The notes under the pieces: generated by a model
Database searches by the model: none
What the model was told of the DNA's origin: nothing
Seen by the model: the letters and a program-made list of their open reading frames with translations, nothing else
Part shown: positions 1 through 9,083 of the stretch, one piece after another
Layout of the letters: each line of letters begins with the position of its first letter
Position numbering within the stretch: position 1 is the first letter of the stretch
Position numbers and translations under genes: made by a program
Origin: a virus
Direction: 5' to 3' (one strand)
IMG/VR virus record: IMGVR_UViG_3300021197_001743
Coordinates: 32,001-96,000 of that record
Length of the DNA stretch: 64,000 bases

Positions 1-87
1 AGATTCAAATCAACATTAACTGGGAAAATTATTGATTATAATATCACATTTACCTTAACAAAAAACAAAACAAACGAAGATTTTTGA
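1..87 (+). CDS. 3' end of an upstream (probably structural) gene, partial
   Basis: Frame 1 open from the window edge: RFKSTLTGKIIDYNITFTLTKNKTNEDF*, TGA at 85-87. Confidence 0.5.
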   Translation, partial: RFKSTLTGKIIDYNITFTLTKNKTNEDF

Positions 88-127
88 TTAAATTCTATTT
101 ACTATGAAAATGATTAGGAGATAACAT

Positions 128-1072
128 ATGGGCTTTTTAGACAACAGCGGGGACATTATCCTAGACGCTGTACTCACAGACCACGGAAGAAAACAATTGG
201 CAAAAGGTGATGGATCATTCCAGATAACTAAGTTTGCCCTTGGTGACGAAGAGATAGACTATTCTCTTTACAACAAGACACATCCCAGCGGAAGTGCATA
301 TTATGATTTGGAAATATTACAGACTCCTATTCTAGAAGCATTCACCGATAATGCAGCGTCGATGAAGACACAACTTCAGACATATACTAATTTAGAATTG
401 TTGTTTCTGCCGGTTCTTCGTTTGAATGAAACCGATCCAAAGAATGCTCGAGCATCTGCTGGAACATTTTATGTTGCTGTCAATCGCGAGACGGAAGATA
501 ATGACGGAAGCTCTGCAACAACAACTGGTGTTGCAAGAAGTGACGATGGTCAAGAAGTTCAAGGTTTCATGTTTGGTGAATCTTTGGTAGGATCGTTGGT
601 TGCAATAGATCAAGGGCTTGATACGACAGAGATATCTCCAAAAAGAAAATTGGACGCTAGTTTAGTAGAGACAAGCTATACAGTTCAAATTGATGATCGC
701 TTAGGTAAATTAGTCGACTCAACAGGAACTCTAGCAACTGCTGATTATACTGATGATGATCATATCGCATATTATACTTTAGACCTAGGGGATACGTTTG
801 TTAAATCTATAACAGATGATACCAATAGTCCGTCTCAAGTAATTCAAGGTCCTCGAGGAACTTCTATACGCTTCAGAATTCAAGCATCAATGGATCTTAA
901 CACAAGCTCCTTCCTGTTCACTCAGTTGGGCTCAACAACAACTCTGCCAAATAGAACTCCCGGTGGAGCAGGCACATCACCAGTTTACTATATCGACACT
1001 AACGTTAGAGTCACCGGTATTAAAACTGGGACACTAATTGACGTACCAGTAAGATACGTAAGATTACAATAG
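128..1072 (+). CDS. putative virion structural protein (baseplate/tail-associated)
   Basis: 314 aa; AGGAG SD; N-terminus DAVLTDHGRKQLA..F.ITKFALGDEEIDY typical of large-myovirus baseplate/tail-fibre-proximal proteins; late-type motif upstream. Confidence 0.6.
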   Translation: MGFLDNSGDIILDAVLTDHGRKQLAKGDGSFQITKFALGDEEIDYSLYNKTHPSGSAYYDLEILQTPILEAFTDNAASMKTQLQTYTNLELLFLPVLRLNETDPKNARASAGTFYVAVNRETEDNDGSSATTTGVARSDDGQEVQGFMFGESLVGSLVAIDQGLDTTEISPKRKLDASLVETSYTVQIDDRLGKLVDSTGTLATADYTDDDHIAYYTLDLGDTFVKSITDDTNSPSQVIQGPRGTSIRFRIQASMDLNTSSFLFTQLGSTTTLPNRTPGGAGTSPVYYIDTNVRVTGIKTGTLIDVPVRYVRLQ

Positions 1073-1082
1073 GAAATTAAAC

Positions 1083-2192
1083 ATGACATTCAAACCATTA
1101 AACGAAAATGATGTAGTTGCAACAAGAACTCTCTTGCATGAGGCTATTCCCCTGACAGGAACAATAGTTTCCGGAACTTACGGTACATTCCCAGATGATG
1201 ATAATATCAAGAACTATTCTCATGGCATGTTCCAGAGTGTATATGATTATCCCTATCTAAGTTCTTCTGCGAACCATATTTTCGACATAACAGTCGGAAT
1301 TGGCACAAATTCTCAGCTTTATCCCTTGATTACTACTGCCGCCGGTCAACAATCTAAAAAGAAGAACATCTACAATCAAATGTCCCAAATACTAATGGGG
1401 TACGACGCCACTGGCTCTATATTGCCGTTTGACGAAGATGGCGACATCATCGGTGGTGGAAACAAAATTAATGACGCAATCATTGTTCCATTCTCTCGAC
1501 TACTTGTTAAGGATGAGATCAAGAAAGAAACTTTCTCCCTGACTTTGGGAGTATCAGCTTCTTATGCAGCACCAATGGGGAATACAATTACGATTGCCGA
1601 TGTTGGAGCATCAACAGAGTATCGTGTTAATTCACCTGCTGGAGAGTATGGAATCCTTTATGCAACAGGGTCCGGGGAACTTAGCACAGCTAGTACTCAC
1701 ACAGCATCAATCGCAGGCACCACCTACTGGTATGCTGGATTGTTGTTTTATCAAGCTGGTATTATGGTTCTGACCGCTTCTATGTTCGGAGATCAATTGG
1801 ACGATGCCGGAATCGGCGGAGGCCCATTGCAATACAATCCTGCCCTCGAAGATATCGTTGCAGTTCTAACAGGATCGCAAATATCATCATCAGCGGATTA
1901 CCTCCGACACAGAATACAAAATCTTCAGTTCAACAACACTACGGAACTCAACTCAACAGTTTACTTCTGTCGTGCGAACCACAATGAATTCAATTATTCT
2001 TCCAACCCAACATACGTTAGTGGATCTAAGGTGCGAGTAAAGACACAAGCAACAGACAATCCAGTAGCTTATATCACAACGGTTGGTCTCTATAATGATA
2101 ATAATGAATTGATGGCAACAGCTAAGTTATCCGAGCCATTGAAAAAATCTCCAGCCACGGAATTTACAATCAGAACTCGTTTGGATTACTAG
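1083..2192 (+). CDS. putative virion structural protein (baseplate-associated)
   Basis: 369 aa; C-terminal NEFNYSSNPTY...YITTVGLYNDNNELMATAKLSEPLKK..EFTIRTRLDY resembles tail-collar/baseplate C-terminal modules. Confidence 0.6.
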   Translation: MTFKPLNENDVVATRTLLHEAIPLTGTIVSGTYGTFPDDDNIKNYSHGMFQSVYDYPYLSSSANHIFDITVGIGTNSQLYPLITTAAGQQSKKKNIYNQMSQILMGYDATGSILPFDEDGDIIGGGNKINDAIIVPFSRLLVKDEIKKETFSLTLGVSASYAAPMGNTITIADVGASTEYRVNSPAGEYGILYATGSGELSTASTHTASIAGTTYWYAGLLFYQAGIMVLTASMFGDQLDDAGIGGGPLQYNPALEDIVAVLTGSQISSSADYLRHRIQNLQFNNTTELNSTVYFCRANHNEFNYSSNPTYVSGSKVRVKTQATDNPVAYITTVGLYNDNNELMATAKLSEPLKKSPATEFTIRTRLDY

Positions 2193-2198
2193 GATGCT

Positions 2199-3374
2199 AT
2201 GTCATATTACAAATTTAAGCCGAACGATTTATTCGTCAATACAATAGAAGCATACCCAGATGTAAAATTTTACATTCAAAGCGGTTCTATATATATAAAT
2301 GATGAAGCATACATATCGGGAAGCTATTCAGATAATATAATCGGCGTCCCTCGCAATTATATCTCTCTGTACGAATACAACATAAACCGATCAGATGATC
2401 AAAGAATATACCCTTATGTTGTTAAGGATGGGCTCAAGACAACGTTCAAGAGTGTTTCCAAGAATGATTGGAATACTCAATTCAATTATGACGGAAATCA
2501 AATTACTTCAAGTTATAATTTGTCCTCGAGCATAACGCGCTACTATATCACATCCAGCCAAGTTACGGCAACGCCTTTAGCAACATCAAGTGCGAGGTTG
2601 GATTCTTTCTATCTTCGTTCATTGAAGAATGTTGTTAATCATTATAAGTATATGTCTCCGCATTATGACTTCGATACGTATTACTCCGGTGATGTGAATT
2701 TGATTTCTGTTCCATCAATATTTTATGGATCTTCAATACGAAAAGGGTCCGTTAATCTTAAATATTATATTTCCGGAACTCTCGCTGCTCAAGCTTCTGA
2801 TACTCGATACAATGGAGAATTGGTTCAAGTATCTGGTTCAACAACCGGCGCCATCGTCGGAACCATCTTGTATAATGAAGGGATTATTCTGCTCACTTCC
2901 TCAGCTGAGATTGATGCCACGACAATAGATTATGATTCTGCAACAACATCTTCATGGCAACGTTTTGGATTTGGAGCAAATGATGGAGGCACAATTGGAA
3001 CAACAACCTTATCTGCATCATTTGCCTTAGAATTCCAAGGCTTAAACCACGTTCAGACGCTCACAATGATGGCTAAAGCACCATATGCTGAACTTAATCA
3101 CTCTAACAACCCTACCTATCTAGATAACTCCGCGGAGAGCCTTAGACTGGTCTCCAGTGGCTCGTATCAGTATGTTGAGAGTAAACGCGTGATAAAAAAT
3201 ATGGTTTCCGCAAGCTATTCAGATATCGCACCTCCTCTAAACAAAGAAACTTATATTTCTAAGATCGCTCTTTATGATAAGGATAAGAATCTTATTGGCT
3301 TCGCTAAACTAGCCACCCCTATTCGAAAGACAGAAGATCGAGAATTTATTTTCAAATTAAAGCTTGACATCTAG
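2199..3374 (+). CDS. putative virion structural protein, paralogous C-terminus to 1083..2192
   Basis: 391 aa; LNHSNNPTY...YISKIALYDKDKNLIGFAKLATPIRK..EFIFKLKLDI matches the preceding gene's C-terminal module. Confidence 0.6.
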   Translation: MSYYKFKPNDLFVNTIEAYPDVKFYIQSGSIYINDEAYISGSYSDNIIGVPRNYISLYEYNINRSDDQRIYPYVVKDGLKTTFKSVSKNDWNTQFNYDGNQITSSYNLSSSITRYYITSSQVTATPLATSSARLDSFYLRSLKNVVNHYKYMSPHYDFDTYYSGDVNLISVPSIFYGSSIRKGSVNLKYYISGTLAAQASDTRYNGELVQVSGSTTGAIVGTILYNEGIILLTSSAEIDATTIDYDSATTSSWQRFGFGANDGGTIGTTTLSASFALEFQGLNHVQTLTMMAKAPYAELNHSNNPTYLDNSAESLRLVSSGSYQYVESKRVIKNMVSASYSDIAPPLNKETYISKIALYDKDKNLIGFAKLATPIRKTEDREFIFKLKLDI

Positions 3375-3392
3375 TTCAAAACGTGCTATAAT
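3364..3392 (+). promoter_or_regulatory. sigma70-type promoter (extended -10)
   Basis: TTGACA 3364-3369, 17-bp spacer, TGcTATAAT ending at 3392. Confidence 0.85.
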
Positions 3393-3398
3393 ATAATT

Positions 3399-3902
3399 AT
3401 GATACTCGGAATAGATGTAAGTACCTCCAAAATTGGATATTGTGTTATTGACGACCAACAGAATCTCGTTGAGGTCAATTTCAAGAAACTCAAAGAAGAC
3501 ACCTTGGAGGACAAAGCATATGAATTCTTTCACAAAGAACTTACTAGGGTCAAGAAGACTTATAAGATAACACATGTACGCATAGAAGAGCCTTTCTCGA
3601 TGTTCTCTGGTGGCAAAACGACCGCTGGTACCATGAGTAAGCTGCAACGCTTTAACGGGATGATTTCGGTCCTCTCATACATATGTTTTGACATCGTACC
3701 AACTCTTGTTCCGTCAAGATCAGCTAGATCAAAGTGCGGAATCAAAATCAAAAGAGGCGAGAACACAAAGAAAAAAGTTATCGACTGGGTTCAACAAAGG
3801 TACCCAAAAGATTTTAAGTTTGAACTAACTCGCCACGGAAACCCCAAACCCGGTACAGATGACATGGCCGACTCAATTGTCGTTGCTTTATCTCACTTTT
3901 AA
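3399..3902 (+). CDS. RuvC-like Holliday junction resolvase
   Basis: MILGIDVSTSKIG (RNase H-fold first Asp), IEEP, C-terminal DDMADSIVVA. Confidence 0.8.
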   Translation: MILGIDVSTSKIGYCVIDDQQNLVEVNFKKLKEDTLEDKAYEFFHKELTRVKKTYKITHVRIEEPFSMFSGGKTTAGTMSKLQRFNGMISVLSYICFDIVPTLVPSRSARSKCGIKIKRGENTKKKVIDWVQQRYPKDFKFELTRHGNPKPGTDDMADSIVVALSHF

Positions 3903-3903
3903 T

Positions 3904-3932
3904 TTGACAAACTAAACTCAACACGCTATATT
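3904..3932 (+). promoter_or_regulatory. sigma70-type promoter
   Basis: TTGACA 3904-3909, 17 bp, TATATT 3927-3932; AGGAGG SD downstream. Confidence 0.75.
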
Positions 3933-3952
3933 ATCATGAACTAGGAGGACAC

Positions 3953-4498
3953 ATGGACATGATTACTGTACTTATACCCGGCGGTTTTAAGCCACCCCAC
4001 GTCGGGCACTACAAATTCTTTATGTATTACATAAACAACCCAGAAGTTTCTGAGGTTAGAATTTTCTGTGGAGAACGTCAGCGAAAAGTTGGCGATGACT
4101 TTGCAGTCTCTATAGAGCAAGCAGAAGCCGTTCTAAGGCTTTACGGCATCTTGGATAACCCAAAGGTCATCTATCAACGCGCTAGCGTCAGAAAGGGCAA
4201 AAACGGCCACTACACAAACCCTTTTAGTGATGTGTATGACTGGGCTGAGGAAAATTACGACAAAACGGAAAATCAAATCTCTCTTGGTATGTCGTCAAAA
4301 GATACAGGATACCAAGCGGGCTTCTTGGGTTACTTTAAAACCTTCGCGAACATCGTCGAGATCCAACATTCCTACGAACAGGAAGAATTTATCTCGGCAA
4401 CAGAGTTCAGAGAGGCCCTAGCAGCAGGGAAGCCCATTGATAAATTCATACCAGATCACGTTTCAGCAGAGGAAATAAAGAAAATTTTTACTAATTAA
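3953..4498 (+). CDS. cytidylyltransferase-like (HIGH-family) nucleotidyltransferase
   Basis: PGGFKPPHVGH (HxGH motif) and C-terminal ISATEFR (ISST-like). Confidence 0.75.
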   Translation: MDMITVLIPGGFKPPHVGHYKFFMYYINNPEVSEVRIFCGERQRKVGDDFAVSIEQAEAVLRLYGILDNPKVIYQRASVRKGKNGHYTNPFSDVYDWAEENYDKTENQISLGMSSKDTGYQAGFLGYFKTFANIVEIQHSYEQEEFISATEFREALAAGKPIDKFIPDHVSAEEIKKIFTN

Positions 4499-4516
4499 TA
4501 GAAGCGAGGGTCTGGT

Positions 4517-5206
4517 ATGAAATTAACAGAAGCAAAATTGAAAGCATTAATCCTAGAAGCGATGGAAGAGTCATTAAGTGACGGACAGAAGGAATTTTTA
4601 TTAGACCTTTTAAAAAGCGACGATCGCGAAACACAAACCCAAGGTGTAGAGTTGGCAACACAGTTCCTAGGGGAAAAGGAATTTTCAAATGCATTTAGAG
4701 GCCAACTGGACTTTGTGAATGGTGCTGAACTCCTTAACTGGCTCCGTCAGGGATCATCCCGAGGACCTAGGCAAGCCATGGATCGTTATATGGAAGTCCC
4801 AGATGGAATGAGTAAAGAGAAGAGGGAATTTCAATTAAGATTTCCGAATGCCGCATGGCGAGAACCAATATCAGACAAAGCCCATGAGACTTGGGTAGAT
4901 AGGGTCCAACAAATGCAGTCCAAACTAGTATCATTGGCAATGAGTGGAAACTTTGTGGAATGGGAAAAGCAATGGTTCGCTTTTAAAGATTTTTTAGGAT
5001 CTTTTTACGAAATTCATGCTCCGGGCTTTTGGCCCTCGTTAACAGACTCAGAACAAATGGGAGCAATTTATGGTCGTATACGAAGCGGAGGCACCCCTCG
5101 CCACTCAACAAAATCCTTTGGAAAAGCACAGGGAATGTTTGATCCAAGTTGGCGGCTAGCAATGCCCTTGGCCCATGAGATAGATAAAGCAAATCGAGAC
5201 CGATAA
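4517..5206 (+). CDS. hypothetical protein with conserved N-terminal leader (putative capsid-packaged protein)
   Basis: 229 aa; starts MKLTEAKLKALILEAMEE; CTAATTA at 4491-4497. Confidence 0.7.
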   Translation: MKLTEAKLKALILEAMEESLSDGQKEFLLDLLKSDDRETQTQGVELATQFLGEKEFSNAFRGQLDFVNGAELLNWLRQGSSRGPRQAMDRYMEVPDGMSKEKREFQLRFPNAAWREPISDKAHETWVDRVQQMQSKLVSLAMSGNFVEWEKQWFAFKDFLGSFYEIHAPGFWPSLTDSEQMGAIYGRIRSGGTPRHSTKSFGKAQGMFDPSWRLAMPLAHEIDKANRDR

Positions 5207-5208
5207 TT

Positions 5209-5715
5209 ATGAAACTAACAGAAGCAAAATTGAAAGAATTAATCCTAGAAGCCTATGTGGATGATTTAAAAACTCCCACTTCTTCAAATTCAGAAGGCGT
5301 GTTAACTTTTCCAACGTTGCCGCCGGTGGACACAGTGTATCATCCGGGATCAAACCGCAAACAAGTAAAACGTTTCCTCAAACAACCAAAGCTGACATTT
5401 CGAAGAGCAATCAATAAATTAGTTGGTGAATTTAAACGTTATATGACACCCCAATCAAAAAATAGACAAGGCTGGACTTTAAGAGACCCTAACTCTGTTG
5501 ATCGTATTGATATCCGAGTCGGAGTAAACATGTTCAGGGTTCAGATAAAATATTATAAAACACATCCAACCCCCGGCGGCGGAATGGTGCTTGTTGCAAA
5601 ACCATGGTACTCGCTGAAAGACTATCAGAATATTCCGGAAGACAGACAACTAGAAGTGTTTGAGGCACATGTCCGAGCACAAATAGAAAGTTTTATAAAA
5701 ACAAATAATTGGTAA
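5209..5715 (+). CDS. hypothetical protein with conserved N-terminal leader
   Basis: 168 aa; starts MKLTEAKLKELILEA. Confidence 0.7.
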   Translation: MKLTEAKLKELILEAYVDDLKTPTSSNSEGVLTFPTLPPVDTVYHPGSNRKQVKRFLKQPKLTFRRAINKLVGEFKRYMTPQSKNRQGWTLRDPNSVDRIDIRVGVNMFRVQIKYYKTHPTPGGGMVLVAKPWYSLKDYQNIPEDRQLEVFEAHVRAQIESFIKTNNW

Positions 5716-5721
5716 ACAACT

Positions 5722-6651
5722 ATGAAATTAACAGAAGCAAAATTGAAAGCATTAATACTTGAGACGATGGAAGAAGCAAGATTCTCCCGCAAGGACTATT
5801 CGAGGAAAATTGACGAGGTAGGGAGAATTATAACGCATGTGCTCGATAAGATTAGTGAAAGACTTGGAGCGTCTGATGATATCCAAAGGGGTCAAACTTC
5901 TAATGAACAAACAAAGAAGGTTGAGTTCACAATAGAGAAAGACGCAGCCGAGGGAATAGGGTTCATCAAAGGACGATTGTTAACACCAGCAAGCCAAGTA
6001 GGCGCTGGGAGAACTAGCCTGCCGACGTCGGAAGTATTGGAGATTGTGGTAAGCAACATGTCTGAAGGTGAATTTGACCAGACCACATTCACTTTTGACG
6101 ACATCATTGACGATGGCGGAGCCACGCTTACTCAAAAAATAAATGAGTATGAGAACCTGCTTGGCTCAAAAGATCCTGAAGCAGCAATGTCGGAATCATA
6201 TTACGACTCAAAGAGCAGAGTATCAGATGAGGGAGACCATGACAAAATCTTGGGAATGATTCAATCTGGTAGTTGGGCTCAAGCATTTTCTTTTTTGGAA
6301 ATGGGTTTTGCACAAGAATGGCCCGAGGACGCCAAGAATGATTTAATTTGGGACATCTACGATGGACTTGAGGGCTTCCACCAAAAAAACATAAGACCAC
6401 TTGAAATACTAATTGATAGATACGACAACCAAGGTAATCCATTCATGACAAAATCCGGTAACGTCCCTACACAAAAAGAGGTCGAAGGAAAAGGCGGTCT
6501 TAGAGATAGAGTTGCGCAACTAGAAGAAGAAGAGCAAAAATTGAAACTACTCGTAGCAGATCTTTTAAAATTGCCTGAAGATTGGTGGGAAGACCACTTG
6601 AAATACGCTGATCAACTCGAAGTAATTTTTAAAAGAGCAGGGATAATTTAA
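5722..6651 (+). CDS. hypothetical protein with conserved N-terminal leader
   Basis: 309 aa; starts MKLTEAKLKALILETMEE. Confidence 0.7.
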   Translation: MKLTEAKLKALILETMEEARFSRKDYSRKIDEVGRIITHVLDKISERLGASDDIQRGQTSNEQTKKVEFTIEKDAAEGIGFIKGRLLTPASQVGAGRTSLPTSEVLEIVVSNMSEGEFDQTTFTFDDIIDDGGATLTQKINEYENLLGSKDPEAAMSESYYDSKSRVSDEGDHDKILGMIQSGSWAQAFSFLEMGFAQEWPEDAKNDLIWDIYDGLEGFHQKNIRPLEILIDRYDNQGNPFMTKSGNVPTQKEVEGKGGLRDRVAQLEEEEQKLKLLVADLLKLPEDWWEDHLKYADQLEVIFKRAGII

Positions 6652-6659
6652 CTTTTTTC

Positions 6660-6689
6660 TTGACAAATCCTCTCACCATGTTATATTAT
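6660..6689 (+). promoter_or_regulatory. sigma70-type promoter
   Basis: TTGACA 6660-6665 ... TGtTATATTAT (16/18-bp spacing) upstream of primase. Confidence 0.7.
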
Positions 6690-6704
6690 AATTGAGAGGA
6701 CAAT

Positions 6705-7640
6705 ATGAATGATAAACGAAAGATAATAACCGATATACTCGGTTCCTATCGCCGTGCTGGCGATGAACACTTATTTACCTGCCCGTTTTGCAACCACCAT
6801 AAAAAGAAGATGTCGGTCAACTTTTCGATCAACTCTTTTAAATGTTGGGTTTGCGATGCTCGAGGCAAGAACATTTACCGACTTGTAAGAAAGTTTGGTA
6901 ATTACCAACAGAGACAAAAGTATCTAGAACTCCAAGGAAGACTTGATCTTTCTGAATTCGACAACTTCTTTAATGAAATGAATGGTGTAGAAGAAAAGCA
7001 GATTGTAAAACTCCCAGAAGAGTTTCACTCCTTATGCAACAAACACTTGCCATTATCATCTAAGGAGCCAATACGATATTTAAATAGCAGAGGTATATCT
7101 AGACAAGATATATTAAAATGGAAAATCGGATATAGCAAAGGAGGGAAATATGGGGGAAGAATCATCATCCCGTCGTTCAACACAGAAGGCGATTGTAATT
7201 ACTTTATTGCTCGCTCTTACACTAGGCATTCTCGTAGGTACCTTAACCCGCCTTGCGGTCGAGATATTGTCTTTAATGAGCTTAATATTGACTGGGACGA
7301 CCCTGTGATACTTGTCGAAGGAGTCTTTGATGCAATTGTAGCTGGAGATAATGCAATACCAATTTTAGGGTCAACCCTAAGAGAAGATTCAAAACTATTT
7401 CAAGCAATAGCAATCCATGACACTCCGGTGTATATTGCACTAGACCCAGATGCCGAGAAAAAAGCACAGTGGATTATTCGGTCATTGATGAAATATGACT
7501 TGGAAATTAAAAAAATAAACATTGGAACTCATGAAGACATTGGCTCAATGTCTCAAAAATCGTTTCAAGAAAAATTAAAAAATGCCGAATCTGTCGATGG
7601 TGATATGTATTGGCTTGAAAAACAACTAAAAAATATATAA
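6705..7640 (+). CDS. DNA primase (DnaG/gp61-like)
   Basis: Zn-finger CPFCNH...CWVC, RIIIP, TOPRIM motifs VEGVFD and DPD. Confidence 0.9.
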   Translation: MNDKRKIITDILGSYRRAGDEHLFTCPFCNHHKKKMSVNFSINSFKCWVCDARGKNIYRLVRKFGNYQQRQKYLELQGRLDLSEFDNFFNEMNGVEEKQIVKLPEEFHSLCNKHLPLSSKEPIRYLNSRGISRQDILKWKIGYSKGGKYGGRIIIPSFNTEGDCNYFIARSYTRHSRRYLNPPCGRDIVFNELNIDWDDPVILVEGVFDAIVAGDNAIPILGSTLREDSKLFQAIAIHDTPVYIALDPDAEKKAQWIIRSLMKYDLEIKKINIGTHEDIGSMSQKSFQEKLKNAESVDGDMYWLEKQLKNI

Positions 7641-7647
7641 AAAATAC

Positions 7648-7677
7648 TTGACAAAATTAGTCAATGTGTTATATTAT
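7648..7677 (+). promoter_or_regulatory. sigma70-type promoter
   Basis: TTGACA 7648-7653 ... TGtTATATTAT. Confidence 0.7.
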
Positions 7678-7705
7678 TAATATACTTTTTTAACATGGAG
7701 GACAA

Positions 7706-8020
7706 ATGTTAACATTATTATATTTATTGGCGTGCGATGATGCCGTCCAATCAGAAACGGTAGAAATACCAATCGAAGCTTACAACTGGAGTTGTTCGGA
7801 CTACACAGAACATACGGAAATTGAAATCACAGCAGGAGTTTGTAATGATTTCGAATCGTTAACAGTATCTGTTCTGCTAATCAATGGTGAAGATGCCGAG
7901 CAGGAAATGCGGCATGAAGGCGGTTGCTGGTGGACAAGTTTAATTCTCCAAGAAGAAAATTGTATAGAAATACAGGATATTATTATAATAGCAGAAGAAG
8001 GAGGCTCCAATGGGCGGTAA
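7706..8020 (+). CDS. putative small acidic lipoprotein
   Basis: MLTLLYLLAC: short hydrophobic signal ending in lipobox-like LLAC; four further Cys; GGAGG SD. Confidence 0.55.
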   Translation: MLTLLYLLACDDAVQSETVEIPIEAYNWSCSDYTEHTEIEITAGVCNDFESLTVSVLLINGEDAEQEMRHEGGCWWTSLILQEENCIEIQDIIIIAEEGGSNGR

Positions 8021-8870
8021 TATTTTTAAAGATCAAGCGAGACCAATTGTCCGCGAAAACGTTAGACCAACACTAAAAAAGTACATTGAAGCCTTAGGGT
8101 ATGCGTTCCCAAAGAAAGCACATGTATTTGAAAATTTCCACACAGTGGGAAGCACAGGTAAAAAAGAAGTATCAGGGGATATGGATTTAGCCATTGATTT
8201 TAAGCATTTTTTCGATGACGAACCATATAACGACAAAGAACTAAGGGAGTATCTAATTGACCCGCAGGAATGGAGAAAGCTCTACGAAAAAACAAAATCT
8301 AGGGCAAGAACTGCTACGGACAACATGTGTAAACTCAAGGCTTTTTTGAAGTTAATATCTGCACCAATTGCCTCAACGGGCCTTATTCAAGTTGCAAATA
8401 AGAAAACCACTACCGGAAACATCTTTACATTGTTTTCTCAATACGACTATTATGGCGAAAGGAACCATGGTGTTCAGATTGATTGGATGATAGGGGACCT
8501 TCCATGGTTAAAGTTTGCTTATCATTCTTCCGAAACCGGTCAGATGAAGGGCTTGCACAGAACTCAGTTGATAGTAGCAATGTTATCCGCAAAAGGGTAC
8601 ACATTCTCACACACCACTGGTATCAAGGATAAAGACAGCAACTCTTTCGTTGCAACTACGCCAAAAGAAGCCAGAGATTTATTAACAAAATTATATGGAA
8701 GCATCACACCAGAAGACCTTGAAAACTACAAGAATCTGCATAGTTATCTCGAATACAATTCCTCACCAGAGGATTATAAAAGCGCTATTCAATGTTATAT
8801 AAGAATTCTTACTGTTTCAAAAGCCAGAATACCAATGAATATTAGGGGTTTGATCGATGAAAACCCTTGA
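8010..8870 (+). CDS. Pol-beta-superfamily nucleotidyltransferase-like protein
   Basis: GSTGKKEVSGDMDLAID (GS...DxD) and a later VQIDWM Asp. Confidence 0.6.
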   Translation: MGGNIFKDQARPIVRENVRPTLKKYIEALGYAFPKKAHVFENFHTVGSTGKKEVSGDMDLAIDFKHFFDDEPYNDKELREYLIDPQEWRKLYEKTKSRARTATDNMCKLKAFLKLISAPIASTGLIQVANKKTTTGNIFTLFSQYDYYGERNHGVQIDWMIGDLPWLKFAYHSSETGQMKGLHRTQLIVAMLSAKGYTFSHTTGIKDKDSNSFVATTPKEARDLLTKLYGSITPEDLENYKNLHSYLEYNSSPEDYKSAIQCYIRILTVSKARIPMNIRGLIDENP

Positions 8871-9069
8871 TCTTCATGGTCTGAGGCACTGGGAAGCCGA
8901 GACCGTACTACACAATTTCATTAATGAAAACTGGAATCAGGAAATGAGGGTCATAACAGGCAACTCATCATTGATGAAAGACCTAGTGTGTTCAATATTA
9001 AATTTTTATAAATTAGATTTTACACTTGACAACCTAAGAAATATGGGTTATATTACAATAAAGAAGTAA
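8857..9069 (+). CDS. stand-alone Smr-domain protein
   Basis: KTLDLHGLR...VITGNS, the Smr/MutS2 C-terminal signature; 70 aa. Confidence 0.7.
   Translation: MKTLDLHGLRHWEAETVLHNFINENWNQEMRVITGNSSLMKDLVCSILNFYKLDFTLDNLRNMGYITIKK
9026..9054 (+). promoter_or_regulatory. sigma70-type promoter inside the Smr CDS
   Basis: TTGACA 9026-9031, 17 bp, TATATT 9049-9054. Confidence 0.7.
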
Positions 9070-9083
9070 ACATTGGAGGACAT

